64,000 nt of DNA from Polyangiales bacterium. GTDB taxonomy: Bacteria; Myxococcota_A; Polyangia; Polyangiales; Polyangiaceae. The stretch lies in assembly GCA_038230375.1 (NCBI GenBank), contig JBBRNJ010000003.1, positions 128,001-192,000 of the forward strand, written 5' to 3'. The notes beneath the pieces are model-generated. The model had not been told where the DNA came from and searched no databases. It worked only from the letters and a program-made list of their open reading frames with translations. Shown in pieces: positions 40,951 through 50,392 of this stretch. The stretch's first letter is position 1; each line of letters starts with the position of its first letter. The position numbers were made by a program, and so were the translations under genes.

Positions 40951-42603
40951 ATGACCTGTCGCCCTGGCATCCTTGCTTCCATCGCCGTGCTGGTCCCCGT
41001 GCTGGTCGTCACGGCGTGCGTGGGCGATTCGACCGTCGGCAATGACACCACGGCCGCCACCGACGGCGGAGACGGCGCAGCGGCAGATGGGGGAACCAAA
41101 CCCGGAGCGACGAAGTGCAGCGCCACCACCCCCTGCGCTGCGGGCGGTGCATGTGTGGACGGCTACTGCTGCGACACCGCATGCACCGGCGTCTGTGAGG
41201 CGTGCAATGTGCCTGGGTCGGAAGGCAAGTGCGCTGCCGCCAGCGGCAAACCTGCGCATGGCGCATGCGGTGGCGATGCCACCGGTGCCTGCGCCGGCAC
41301 CTGCGATGGCAAGACGCGTGCAGCATGCATCTATCCGGCGGTGGCGTGCGGCCCCGCGGCTTCGTGCGCTGGAGGCACTGCATCGCTGGCGGCGACGTGC
41401 AATGCAGGGACTTGCCCGGCGCCCGTCACGCAGAAGTGCGCGCTTGGCTGCCTGGAGGACGGGTGCCTCGGCGTGACCCAAGTGGCCGCGGGCTACTACC
41501 ACGCGTGCGCGGTGCTCACGGACAAGAAGGTTCGCTGCTGGGGCAACAATGACCAGGGCGAGACAGGGCAGGACATCAGCACGACGGTCGTGACCACCCC
41601 CACGGAGGTGCTCGGCCTCAGCAACGTGGTGATGGTGGCCGCGACGTTCGCCACCAGCTGCGCCCTCTTCGTCGACAAGACCATCAAGTGCTGGGGCAGC
41701 AACCAGAGCGGCGAGCTGGGCAACGGTGTGGGCAGCGACAATCTCAAGACGCACTCCACGCCCACCGCCGTGGTCGGCATCAACGACGCCACCTTCCTCA
41801 CGGGCAGCTCGGCCGGACACTTCTGCGCCATCGTGACCGGCGGCGCGATCAAGTGCTGGGGCAGCAACGGGTCGGGGGAGCTCGGCTCCGGCTCCGTCGT
41901 CGCGGGCATCAGCGCCACGCCCGTCACCGTCTGCGCGCCTGGCGCCATCGCGCTGCCCTGCACGGCCGCGGCTGGCGCGACCTTCGTCGCCGGTGGTGAC
42001 AACCACACGTGTGCAATCTTCGCCGGCAACCAGGTGGCCTGCTGGGGCGGCAACGGTGCTGGGCAGCTGGGGCAGCCCGCCGATGCGGCGAAGCACCCGT
42101 TCGCGGCAAACGTGACCGGGCTCACGGCCACCTGGCTGACCGGCGGAAACCGGATCACGTGCGCGGCCTCCGCTGGCGGGGCCAGGTGCTTCGGAGCCAA
42201 CGGTCAGGGGCGCCTGGGGGACGGCCAGGACGTCGGTGACAAGGCCACCCCTACCGCCGTCTGCACGAAGCAAGACTGCTCGACGCTGCTCAGCAACGTG
42301 ACGCAGGTCACGACCTTCGATGAGTCCTCGTGCGGTCTCTCGGGCGGCGCCGTGCGCTGCTGGGGCTCCAACACCGGCGGGCAGCTCGGTGATGGCAACG
42401 CGTCGGCATCGCAGAACTATGCGGCCACGCAGGCCATCGCCTCCGGTGCGGTGGCCGTGGCCTCGGGTGGCGGCGCGCATTACGCCATCATCGTGGACCG
42501 TGCCAACCGCGACATCAGGTGCTGGGGCTCGGAGGGCTTCAATCAGTGCGGCGACGGCACCACCAGCGCGGCACGCACCACGCCGATCGCTCCGAAGTGG
42601 TGA
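40951..42603 (+). CDS. RCC1-repeat Cys-rich lipoprotein
   Basis: VVTAC lipobox; CVDGYCCDTAC module; repeated CWGxNxxGELG / HxCA blades. Confidence 0.9.
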   Translation: MTCRPGILASIAVLVPVLVVTACVGDSTVGNDTTAATDGGDGAAADGGTKPGATKCSATTPCAAGGACVDGYCCDTACTGVCEACNVPGSEGKCAAASGKPAHGACGGDATGACAGTCDGKTRAACIYPAVACGPAASCAGGTASLAATCNAGTCPAPVTQKCALGCLEDGCLGVTQVAAGYYHACAVLTDKKVRCWGNNDQGETGQDISTTVVTTPTEVLGLSNVVMVAATFATSCALFVDKTIKCWGSNQSGELGNGVGSDNLKTHSTPTAVVGINDATFLTGSSAGHFCAIVTGGAIKCWGSNGSGELGSGSVVAGISATPVTVCAPGAIALPCTAAAGATFVAGGDNHTCAIFAGNQVACWGGNGAGQLGQPADAAKHPFAANVTGLTATWLTGGNRITCAASAGGARCFGANGQGRLGDGQDVGDKATPTAVCTKQDCSTLLSNVTQVTTFDESSCGLSGGAVRCWGSNTGGQLGDGNASASQNYAATQAIASGAVAVASGGGAHYAIIVDRANRDIRCWGSEGFNQCGDGTTSAARTTPIAPKW

Positions 42604-42651
42604 GCCACGACGCGGCCGCGCGCTGGATCGCCCAGCGCCCGCCCGTCGTGT

Positions 42652-42915
42652 TCAGAGTCCCAGCGCTGTGAGGCCGGGATGGTCGTCTGGTCTGCGGCCG
42701 AGAGGCCAGCGAAAGAGCCGCGCCGACTCGTCGATCGCTACGTCGTTGATGCTGGCCTCTCTTCGGCGCATGAGGCCGTGCTCGTCGAACTCCCACTGCT
42801 CGTTCCCGTGGGACCACCACCATGCGCCCTTCTCGTCGCGCGACTCGTAGACGAAGCGCACCGCGATCTGCGCGGCGGACTCGACCGTGAACGGCGGTAG
42901 CGGTGGACGATCCAT
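42652..42915 (-). pseudogene. DUF1348 (SnoaL-like) protein with large in-frame internal deletion
   Basis: [14 protein letters not shown] joined directly to [38 protein letters not shown]. Confidence 0.72.
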
Positions 42916-42935
42916 GGCATTCCTCTCTGTCTCTC

Positions 42936-43496
42936 TCACGCAGCGACGGTGCTCGCCTTGTGGGTCACGACAGGGAAGTCGATCTCCGTCTGCGCGACCG
43001 TGTTCACGTAGTTCGTCAGGGTGTTGAGCGCGACGTGGAGGATGATCTCCACGACCTGCGCGTCATTGTAGCCCGCCGCCTTCACCGCGGTGACGTCGGC
43101 GTCGCTGACGTGACCACGCGCGCGGATCACGGTGGCGGCGAACTGGAGCGCGGCCTCGGCCTTGGCGTCGTCGGAGTGCGCATCCCGGTTCGCCGTGAGC
43201 TCCGTGTCCGAGAGCTTCGTCGCGTTCTTGCCCAGGTACGTGTGTGCCGACAAACAGTAGTCGCAGCCGTTCTGCTCCGCGATGACCATCGCCAGGCGCG
43301 CACGCGTGCGGGCGTCGAGCTGGCCCTTCCCGAGCGCGCCAGAGAGGCCAAGGTAGCCCTCGAGCGCCGCGGGGCTCTGACCCAGGAGGCGGAAGAGGTT
43401 CGGAGCGACACCGAGCTGCTTCTTCACGGCCTCGAGCATGGGCTGCGAGGCTGCGGGGGATGCGTCGATCGTGGCGGGGGTCTGGATGCGTGACAT
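42936..43496 (-). CDS. AhpD/carboxymuconolactone decarboxylase family peroxidase-like protein
   Basis: [35 protein letters not shown]. Confidence 0.9.
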   Translation of the reverse strand: MSRIQTPATIDASPAASQPMLEAVKKQLGVAPNLFRLLGQSPAALEGYLGLSGALGKGQLDARTRARLAMVIAEQNGCDYCLSAHTYLGKNATKLSDTELTANRDAHSDDAKAEAALQFAATVIRARGHVSDADVTAVKAAGYNDAQVVEIILHVALNTLTNYVNTVAQTEIDFPVVTHKASTVAA

Positions 43497-43562
43497 GGGA
43501 CTCTCCTCTGGATTCGTCGGAGCGGCGCATGTGCCGTCCGTCGTGGAGAGGAAGATGCGCCG

Positions 43563-43618
43563 TTGTGATTGAAACAACAATGGGACGGATTGACACTTCA
43601 CCGTTGCGTGATGTGCAA
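43563..43618. promoter_or_regulatory. Two LysR-type T-N11-A boxes between divergent genes
   Basis: TTGT-N7-ACAA (43563-43577) and TTGC-N7-GCAA (43604-43618). Confidence 0.65.
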
Positions 43619-43625
43619 TGGTCGT

Positions 43626-44525
43626 ATGGACCGTCTGGAAGCCATGGGTGTCTTCGTCTCCGTCGCCGAGCTCCGCGGATTCGCGCCCGCCGCTCGGCGC
43701 CTCTCTCTTTCGCCGTCGGCGGTGACGCGGCTCGTCGCCGGACTGGAGGAACACCTGGGGGCGCGGCTCCTCCAGCGCACGACGCGCTCCGTCACGCTCA
43801 CGGATGCAGGCTCGCGTTTCCTGATGCGCGCGCGCCGCATCCTGGCCGACGTGGCCGAGGCGGAGGGCGCCGCGCAGGCAGAGCGCACCGTCCCGAACGG
43901 GCGCTTCGTGCTCACCGCGCCGGGGATGTTCGGAAGGCTTCACGTGGCAAAGGCGATGTGCGGCTACCTCGCCAGGTACCCGGCCGTGCAAGGCGAGCTC
44001 CTGCTCGGCGATCGGATGTCGAACCTGGTGGACGAAGGGATTGACGCCGCCGTGCGCATCGGCGCGCTGGACGACTCGTCGCTCGTCGCGCGCAACGTCG
44101 GCGCCACGCGTCGCGTGCTGGTCGCATCTCCCGCGTATCTCGCGAAGAGGAAGCGCCCGCGTTCGCCCGAGGCACTCGCGAGCCACGACACCATCCTCTG
44201 CACCGCGCTCACGCCCACGGCCGAGTGGCGCTTCTTCCGCGGCGACGAGGAGACGCGCGTCGCGATCACGCCGCGGTTCGTCACGAACAGCGCGGACGCG
44301 GCGCTTGGACACGCCGTCCTCGGCGGCGGCATCACCCTCGTGCTCGCATACCAGGCCGCAGAGGCCGTGAAGAAGGGCGCGCTGAAGGTCCTCTTGCCAG
44401 AGCATGAGCCGCCCCCGCTCCCGATCCATGTGGTCTACCCGAGCTCGCGCCTGCTCTCGGCGAAGGTGCGGGCATTCGTCGACCTCGTGACCGCCACCTG
44501 CGACTGGCGCTTCACTGCGCTATGA
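43626..44525 (+). CDS. LysR-family transcriptional regulator (CrgA-like)
   Basis: MDRLEAMGVF..FAPAARRL..LEEHLGARLLQRTTRSVTLTDAG; NLVDEGIDAAVRIG. Confidence 0.95.
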   Translation: MDRLEAMGVFVSVAELRGFAPAARRLSLSPSAVTRLVAGLEEHLGARLLQRTTRSVTLTDAGSRFLMRARRILADVAEAEGAAQAERTVPNGRFVLTAPGMFGRLHVAKAMCGYLARYPAVQGELLLGDRMSNLVDEGIDAAVRIGALDDSSLVARNVGATRRVLVASPAYLAKRKRPRSPEALASHDTILCTALTPTAEWRFFRGDEETRVAITPRFVTNSADAALGHAVLGGGITLVLAYQAAEAVKKGALKVLLPEHEPPPLPIHVVYPSSRLLSAKVRAFVDLVTATCDWRFTAL

Positions 44526-44543
44526 GCGGTGGTAGAAGAGGGC

Positions 44544-45134
44544 ATGGCCTCCAAGAAAAAGACGAGCGCGAAGACCGCGCCGAAGAAGACCGCGCCGAAG
44601 AAGACCGCGAAGGCCGCGAAGAAAGCCTCGACCGCGGCGCAGAGGCAACTCGTACGGCTCGTAGCGCGAGTCTCGAGCGTGAAGAACGCGACGACGTTCT
44701 GTGACGAGCTGTTCGTCGCGCTCGCAGAGCGCATCTCCGAGCTCGACGCCGCCGACGAGGTGGTCCTCTACTACCTGGGCACGCAGCTCCTCGAGCACGA
44801 GGTGTCGAAGGGTGGCTTTGCGCAGGCCTTCATCAACCTGGGCGCGGACTCGCAGTTCATCGAATGGGCGCGCGATGGCTACGAGGCGCTCGCGAAGCCG
44901 AAGGCAGCAGCGATCCTGAAGGAGGCGCTCGCGCTCGCGAAGAAGGACGCGGCGAGGCTGCGCGAGGTCGCGAAGGCGGCGAAGACGGCGCGCGGCGTGG
45001 ATGCATACATCGCGTATCGGCAGCTCGGCACGTTCTCGGCGCTCGAGGACCGCGCGGACACGGACATGTTCATCTCGAGCAAGGCGCGTCTCGCGCTCGT
45101 CAGGAAGTACCAGGCGCATTTTGCAGCGCTCTGA
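44544..45134 (+). CDS. DUF4375/DMP19-like protein with Lys-rich N-terminal tail
   Basis: KKTAPKKTAPKKTAKAAKK; LEHEVSKGGFAQAFIN resembles the EVxNGGFxQYF family motif. Confidence 0.62.
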   Translation: MASKKKTSAKTAPKKTAPKKTAKAAKKASTAAQRQLVRLVARVSSVKNATTFCDELFVALAERISELDAADEVVLYYLGTQLLEHEVSKGGFAQAFINLGADSQFIEWARDGYEALAKPKAAAILKEALALAKKDAARLREVAKAAKTARGVDAYIAYRQLGTFSALEDRADTDMFISSKARLALVRKYQAHFAAL

Positions 45135-45675
45135 CTATCCCCCGCATGGTCCTCCGCACCAGCCGCCGCCGCGGAGCAGTGGTGGGTCGACGTGGATCAT
45201 CGTCGCCATCGTGGCCATTCCCGCGCTCATCGCGTTCATCGGAATCCTGGCGGTGCTCGCCATCTTCGGCGTGCGGAAGTACATCGCGGCCGCGAAGCAG
45301 GTGGAGGCACGCAACTCCATGGGGACCATCGGCATGCGCGCCGCGGCCGCCTACGAGCGCGACCGAAAGCTCTGCGCCTCTGCTTCGGCGCCCGTGCCCG
45401 AGGGCGTGCCCCACGGCATGAAGTTCCAGAGCGCGGCCACGGACTGGACGCGTGATGAAGGCCTGAAAGCCGGGTTTTCCTGCCTCCAGTTCGAGATGTC
45501 GATGCCGCAGTACTACCAGTACAACTACCAATCCACGGGTAGCTCCTTCATCGCAAGCGCACGCGGAGATCTGAACGCCGACAACAACGTGAGCCTCTTC
45601 CAGCTACGCGGCGACGTGGTCGGAGACGCGGTGCAGGTGGCCTCCTCCATCGAAGAGACGAGCCCTGAAGAGTGA
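45121..45675 (+). CDS. Type IV pilin-like membrane protein lacking a prepilin cleavage site
   Basis: IGILAVLAIFGVRKYIAAAKQVEARNSMG..LC..GFSCLQFEMSMPQYYQYNY..ARGDLNAD; TTG start at 45121 uncertain. Confidence 0.68.
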   Translation: MQRSDYPPHGPPHQPPPRSSGGSTWIIVAIVAIPALIAFIGILAVLAIFGVRKYIAAAKQVEARNSMGTIGMRAAAAYERDRKLCASASAPVPEGVPHGMKFQSAATDWTRDEGLKAGFSCLQFEMSMPQYYQYNYQSTGSSFIASARGDLNADNNVSLFQLRGDVVGDAVQVASSIEETSPEE

Positions 45676-45733
45676 GCCGGAATGACCGGCAGCGCTTGAG
45701 CAATCCAGCGCCGCCGACGTATGCTGCGCAGAG

Positions 45734-47440
45734 GTGAAGTCGTCCGCGCAATCGGGGAGGAGACAGGTCGTCGCGCTCATGGTGTCGGCGCTCGTCCTGG
45801 TGGCGCTCGCCGGGTGTGAGTCGTTGCTCGGCATCGGTGATCTCCCGGGGGCCGTCGCGGATGGCAGCGCCGACGTCGGGCAGCACGACGCCACGGCGGA
45901 CGGGACGCTGCCCGATATGACCGACGCCAGCGCCGACGCGGACACGGGCGTCGCCGTGGACACGGGCGCTCCAGATGCCGCGGGCGTCGGGCTCGAGGCC
46001 TACGTGAAGGCACCGAACACCGCGACCGCCGGGCTCGCCGGGAGCTTCGGCCAGTCGGTCTCGCTCTCGGGCGACGGCAACACGCTCGTCGTCGGCGCCA
46101 CGGGAGAGTCCAGCAACGGCTCGGCCGACACCGACACGTCCGCGAACGGCGCGGGTGCTGCGTACGTCTACACGCGCAGCGGGACCACGTGGTCGTTCTC
46201 CGCATACCTCAAGGCGGCGAACGCGCGCGCGGGCGCACACTTCGGTCAGGTCGTCTCCGTCTCCATGGACGGCACGCTCATCGCCGTCGCGTCGCCGGAC
46301 GAATCGAGCGCAGCGACAGGCGTGGGCGGCAACGCGGGCGACACCACCGCCCCGGGCGCAGGCGCGGTCTACGTGTTCCAGAAGTCCGGAGCCACCTGGT
46401 CGCAGACGCAGTACATCAAGGCATCCAACACGCGTGCGGGCGGCAACTTCGGCGGGGCGATGGCGTTCTCGCCGGACGGCTTCACGCTCGCTGTCGGCTC
46501 GTACACGGAGCCGAGCGCGGCAAAGGGAATCAACGGCAACCAGGCCGACAAGACCGCAGCGAACGCGGGCGCCGTCTACGTGTTCGGCACAGTGGTGAAG
46601 GGCACGGGGTTCACGCAGCAGGCATACGTGAAGGCCTCCAACACGTCGGCGGGCGCGCAGTTCGCCGCCGTGTCGCTCTCCAGCGACGGCAACGAGCTCG
46701 CGGTGGGCGCGTTCGGTGATCCCAGCGCCGCCATGGGCATCAACGGCAACCAGGCCGACACGAGCGCGTCGTACGCTGGAGCGGTCTACATCTTCACGCG
46801 CGCCGCCGGCAACGTGTGGTCGCAGTCCACGTTCATCAAGGCGTCGAACACGCGCGGCAGTGCGTACTTCGGCTTCGCCGTCTCGCTCTCGGCGGTGGGC
46901 GACAAGCTCGCGGTCGGCTCGCACGGCGAGTCTTGCGCGAACGCGGGTGTCGGCGCGAACCAGACCGACAGCACTGCTCCACAAGCAGGTGCAGTCTACA
47001 CGTTTTCGCGCGCAGGCGGCGCGTGGTCGCAAGACGCCTATCTCAAGCCACAGAACCCGCACACCACAGCGCACTTCGGCTGGGGCGTGGCCATGGCGCC
47101 TGACGGCAACTCGCTGCTCGTGGGCTCGGAGCAAGAGCTCTCTGGCGCTCCTGGCGTGAACGCGCCCGACGCGTCGGATATCTCCAGCCCCAACACGGGC
47201 GCGGCGTACTTCTTCACGCGCACGCCCGGTGTGGTGTGGACGCAGCGTGACTATCTGAAGGCCACGAACGCGCGGAAGGATGCGCAGTTCGGCTATGCGG
47301 TGGCCACGGACAGCCATGCGTTCACGCTGGCCGTTGGCTCGCTCGGGGAGTCCAGTCGCGCCACGGGTATCAACAGCGTGGCGCCAGGCCCGGACGACAC
47401 CACGGCCCCGAACGCGGGTGCCGCGTACGTGTACCGATGA
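45734..47440 (+). CDS. Lipoprotein with FG-GAP/integrin-alpha propeller repeats (cassette 2)
   Basis: ALAGC lipobox; seven repeats YxKAxN..FGxxVxLSxDG..LAVG..E....AGAVYVF. Confidence 0.9.
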   Translation: MKSSAQSGRRQVVALMVSALVLVALAGCESLLGIGDLPGAVADGSADVGQHDATADGTLPDMTDASADADTGVAVDTGAPDAAGVGLEAYVKAPNTATAGLAGSFGQSVSLSGDGNTLVVGATGESSNGSADTDTSANGAGAAYVYTRSGTTWSFSAYLKAANARAGAHFGQVVSVSMDGTLIAVASPDESSAATGVGGNAGDTTAPGAGAVYVFQKSGATWSQTQYIKASNTRAGGNFGGAMAFSPDGFTLAVGSYTEPSAAKGINGNQADKTAANAGAVYVFGTVVKGTGFTQQAYVKASNTSAGAQFAAVSLSSDGNELAVGAFGDPSAAMGINGNQADTSASYAGAVYIFTRAAGNVWSQSTFIKASNTRGSAYFGFAVSLSAVGDKLAVGSHGESCANAGVGANQTDSTAPQAGAVYTFSRAGGAWSQDAYLKPQNPHTTAHFGWGVAMAPDGNSLLVGSEQELSGAPGVNAPDASDISSPNTGAAYFFTRTPGVVWTQRDYLKATNARKDAQFGYAVATDSHAFTLAVGSLGESSRATGINSVAPGPDDTTAPNAGAAYVYR

Positions 47441-49092
47441 GCACCGGCACCGGACCTCTGGAGGAGCCCATCGCGGAGTCCACGCGGCGGGCGCTCGCGC
47501 GCATCGGCACCACGCTCCGCGGCAAGTACACGCTCGACGGGCTCCTGGGTGAGGGCGGGATGGCGGTCGTGTTCTCCGCCACGCACCGCAACAAGAAGCG
47601 CTTCGCGGTGAAGATGCTCTACCCCGAGGTCTCCATCTACGACGACATCCGCGCGCGCTTCCTGAAGGAAGGGTATGTCGCGAACACGGTCGCGCATCCC
47701 GGCGTCGTACAGGTGCTCGACGACGACGTCGCGGAGGACGGCTCCGCATTCCTGGTCATGGAGCTGCTGGAGGGCGCAACGGCCGGAGCGCTTGCGGAGG
47801 GGAATGACGGCCGCCTGGACGTGCGGACGGTGCTGACCATCGCGCACGAGCTCCTGGACGCGCTCTCCGCCGCGCACGACAAGGGGATCGTCCACCGCGA
47901 CCTGAAGCCCGCGAACATCTTCATCACCTCCGAAGGCACGTTGAAGGTGCTTGATTTTGGCATCGCGCGCATCCGCGAGGCCGCGAAGCAGAGCGGCGAC
48001 AGCTCCACTGCGACCGGCGTGATGATGGGCACGCCCGCGTACATGCCGCCCGAGCAGGCGATGGGAAAGTCGAACGAGGTCGACGCGCGCACGGACCTCT
48101 GGGCCGTGGGCGCCACCATGTTCAACATGATGTCGGGTCGCAACGTCCACGAGGGCGAGAACCCGACGCTGACGATGATCGCCTCGGCCACGCAGCAGGC
48201 GCGGTCGATCTCCTCGCTGCTCCCCAACTTGCCACACGACATCGCGTTCATCATCGACAAGGCGACCGCCTTCGACAAGGCGCTGCGCTGGCAGACCGCG
48301 AAGGAGATGCAGGAGGCGATCGCCAAGCTCCACCAGGAGAAGTTCGGTGAGCCCGTGTCGGAGGCAACGCTCGAGGACGTCTGCCGGCGCACGACGATCA
48401 AGAAGCCGCCCACGGGTACCGTCGTGATCGCACGAACGCCTGCGAACGTGACGCCCGTTGGCTCTGGCGATCTTCCGGCTTTTGCTGCCGCCGCCAGCTC
48501 GGACGACGCATTCGGCAAGTTCGGCGCGTCTGGCGCGTTCGGCGAGTCCCGCATGTCCGACGCCAACCCCAGAGTGAAGACGGTGGTGTCCCCGCCCACG
48601 CCGCTTCCTTCAACGTCACCCGCGTCACCCGCGTTCATGGACGGGACCGGTGTTCCCGTCGCCACGGCGGAGACCACAGACGTGTCCGCCTTCGATCGCA
48701 AGCCTGCCGGCCGCAAGCTGTGGATGTTCGCTCCACTGTTTCTGTTGCCCCTCGCTCTTGGAGTCGGTGTTGCCGCTCTGGTGTACCGACCTCAGGTGAA
48801 GGACGCCACCGAGGAGAAGGCATTGCCATCCACGCAGCCAACCGGCATCGGCAGCGTCGCGAGCGCGCCGTCATCCGCTCCCACGCCCGTGCTCAGCGCG
48901 CCCGCTCCCTCCGCGCCGCCCGCCGCGAACGTTGCGGCCAGTGCACCGTCTGTCGCAGGCGTCGTCGCGGCCCAGGTCGCGAAGAAGCCGTTGCCACAGC
49001 CGTCCGCCTCCGCCCCGAAGAAGCCAAGCTGCGATCCACCGTACTGGGTTGACTCGAGCGGAAAACACTACAAGCCGGAGTGCTTCCAATGA
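47437..49092 (+). CDS. Membrane Ser/Thr protein kinase (cassette 2)
   Basis: LGEGGMA, FAVK, HRDLKPAN, DFG, GTPAYMPPEQ; TM; tail CDPPYWVDSSGKHYKPECFQ. Confidence 0.95.
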   Translation: MSTGTGPLEEPIAESTRRALARIGTTLRGKYTLDGLLGEGGMAVVFSATHRNKKRFAVKMLYPEVSIYDDIRARFLKEGYVANTVAHPGVVQVLDDDVAEDGSAFLVMELLEGATAGALAEGNDGRLDVRTVLTIAHELLDALSAAHDKGIVHRDLKPANIFITSEGTLKVLDFGIARIREAAKQSGDSSTATGVMMGTPAYMPPEQAMGKSNEVDARTDLWAVGATMFNMMSGRNVHEGENPTLTMIASATQQARSISSLLPNLPHDIAFIIDKATAFDKALRWQTAKEMQEAIAKLHQEKFGEPVSEATLEDVCRRTTIKKPPTGTVVIARTPANVTPVGSGDLPAFAAAASSDDAFGKFGASGAFGESRMSDANPRVKTVVSPPTPLPSTSPASPAFMDGTGVPVATAETTDVSAFDRKPAGRKLWMFAPLFLLPLALGVGVAALVYRPQVKDATEEKALPSTQPTGIGSVASAPSSAPTPVLSAPAPSAPPAANVAASAPSVAGVVAAQVAKKPLPQPSASAPKKPSCDPPYWVDSSGKHYKPECFQ

Positions 49093-49982
49093 AGATGCGG
49101 ATCCGCGACAGCAAGGCCTCTCGCGCCGCGCTCTCTGCGATCGTCGCGGCGACGCTGTTCTCCACGCTCCCTGCGTTTGCGGCGGACGCGAAGACGTGCG
49201 CGGAGTCGTTCGACAAGGGTCAGGCCCTCCGTCGCGAGAACAAGCTCAGGGCGGCGAGAGAGGCGCTGCTCGAGTGCTCCACCCAGGCCTGTCCCTCCAT
49301 GATGATGAAGGACTGCAGCGATCTCTTGCTCGAGATCGAACAGTCCATGCCGTCGATCGTGGTGACGGCGAAGGACGCGAGCGGCATGGATGCAATCGCC
49401 GTGAAGGTCATCGCCGACGGTGTGGTGCTTGCCACGTCGCTCGACGGCAAGGCGCTCGTCCTGGATCCTGGTGTTCACACCATGCGCTTCGAGATGACTG
49501 GTGCCACGCCGATCGAGCGTCAGGTGGTCGTGCGCGAAGGCCAGAAGGCGCAGCCCGTGCAGATCGCGCTCGACGCGAACCCTCCAAAGCCACCGCCGGG
49601 AGATCCCACGCAGACACCCACACAGGGCGGCGAGCAGGTACCGCCTCCCGAGTCCAGAAGCAGCAGCATGAAGTGGGCGGGCCTGGGTCTGATGGGCGTG
49701 GGCGTGGTGTCGGTTGGCCTGGGTTCCGTGTTCGGGCTGGTCGCAGGCGGGAAGTGGTCGGACGCGAAGGATCAGTGCGGACTGGGCTGCGGTCCGGGCT
49801 CTTCTGCATACGACTCACGCAGCGCGGCGCGCACGGACGCGACCATCTCCACGGTGGCGTTCGTGGCAGGCAGCCTGCTGGTGGCCGGCGGCGCAACGCT
49901 CTGGCTGCTGGCCCCGAAAGAGAACGCGAAGGTCGCCGTCTCCATCGCCCCGAACGGGCTCCTCCTTCACGGCGCTTTCTGA
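49089..49982 (+). CDS. Secreted Cys-helical + PEGA-like protein (cassette 2 partner)
   Basis: Signal peptide; CAESFDKGQALRRENKL..CS..CP..DC; LDPGVH; ends NGLLLHGAF; ATGA overlap. Confidence 0.85.
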   Translation: MKMRIRDSKASRAALSAIVAATLFSTLPAFAADAKTCAESFDKGQALRRENKLRAAREALLECSTQACPSMMMKDCSDLLLEIEQSMPSIVVTAKDASGMDAIAVKVIADGVVLATSLDGKALVLDPGVHTMRFEMTGATPIERQVVVREGQKAQPVQIALDANPPKPPPGDPTQTPTQGGEQVPPPESRSSSMKWAGLGLMGVGVVSVGLGSVFGLVAGGKWSDAKDQCGLGCGPGSSAYDSRSAARTDATISTVAFVAGSLLVAGGATLWLLAPKENAKVAVSIAPNGLLLHGAF

Positions 49983-49995
49983 GCGAGAATTTAGG

Positions 49996-50385
49996 CTAGT
50001 CGGTCGCGCCGCCGGGGAGCTGCGGCTTCACACGGATCGTCTTCTCGTTCTCGATCTCCACGAGGCCTGCAGGAGCGCCGCGCGGCTTGCTGACTGCGCC
50101 GGCGTTGCAGTAGTCCACGTCGACCTTCGCGGCGCCGCGCGACTTCGAGTACCACGCCGTGATCTCCGCCGCGGTCTGCAGCACGGCCTTCGGCACGTCG
50201 CCCTTGCTTGGGTTTCGCACCACCACATGGCTGCCGGGCGTGCCTCCACCCACGTGCATCCAGATGTCGTGCGGCTCGGCCACGTTGAACGTGAGGTCGT
50301 CATTCTCGTCGCTGCCGCGCCCCACGAGGACCTCCCATCCGTCGACGAGCATCGTGCGATACGGCTTTCCCTTGCTGGCCATCAT
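49996..50385 (-). CDS. Stand-alone NFACT RNA-binding (NFACT-R/DUF814) protein
   Basis: VLVGRGSDENDDLT..DIWMHV..PGSHVVV..AAEITAWYSK..VDY..VSKPRGAPAGLV. Confidence 0.88.
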   Translation of the reverse strand: MMASKGKPYRTMLVDGWEVLVGRGSDENDDLTFNVAEPHDIWMHVGGGTPGSHVVVRNPSKGDVPKAVLQTAAEITAWYSKSRGAAKVDVDYCNAGAVSKPRGAPAGLVEIENEKTIRVKPQLPGGATD

Positions 50386-50392
50386 TCGCTCC

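Noticed and set aside
43497..44429. Upstream part of the 497-aa ORF fused to the AhpD-like protein
   Set aside because: Antisense to the LysR gene; the real start is ATG 43496 with a GAGGAG RBS
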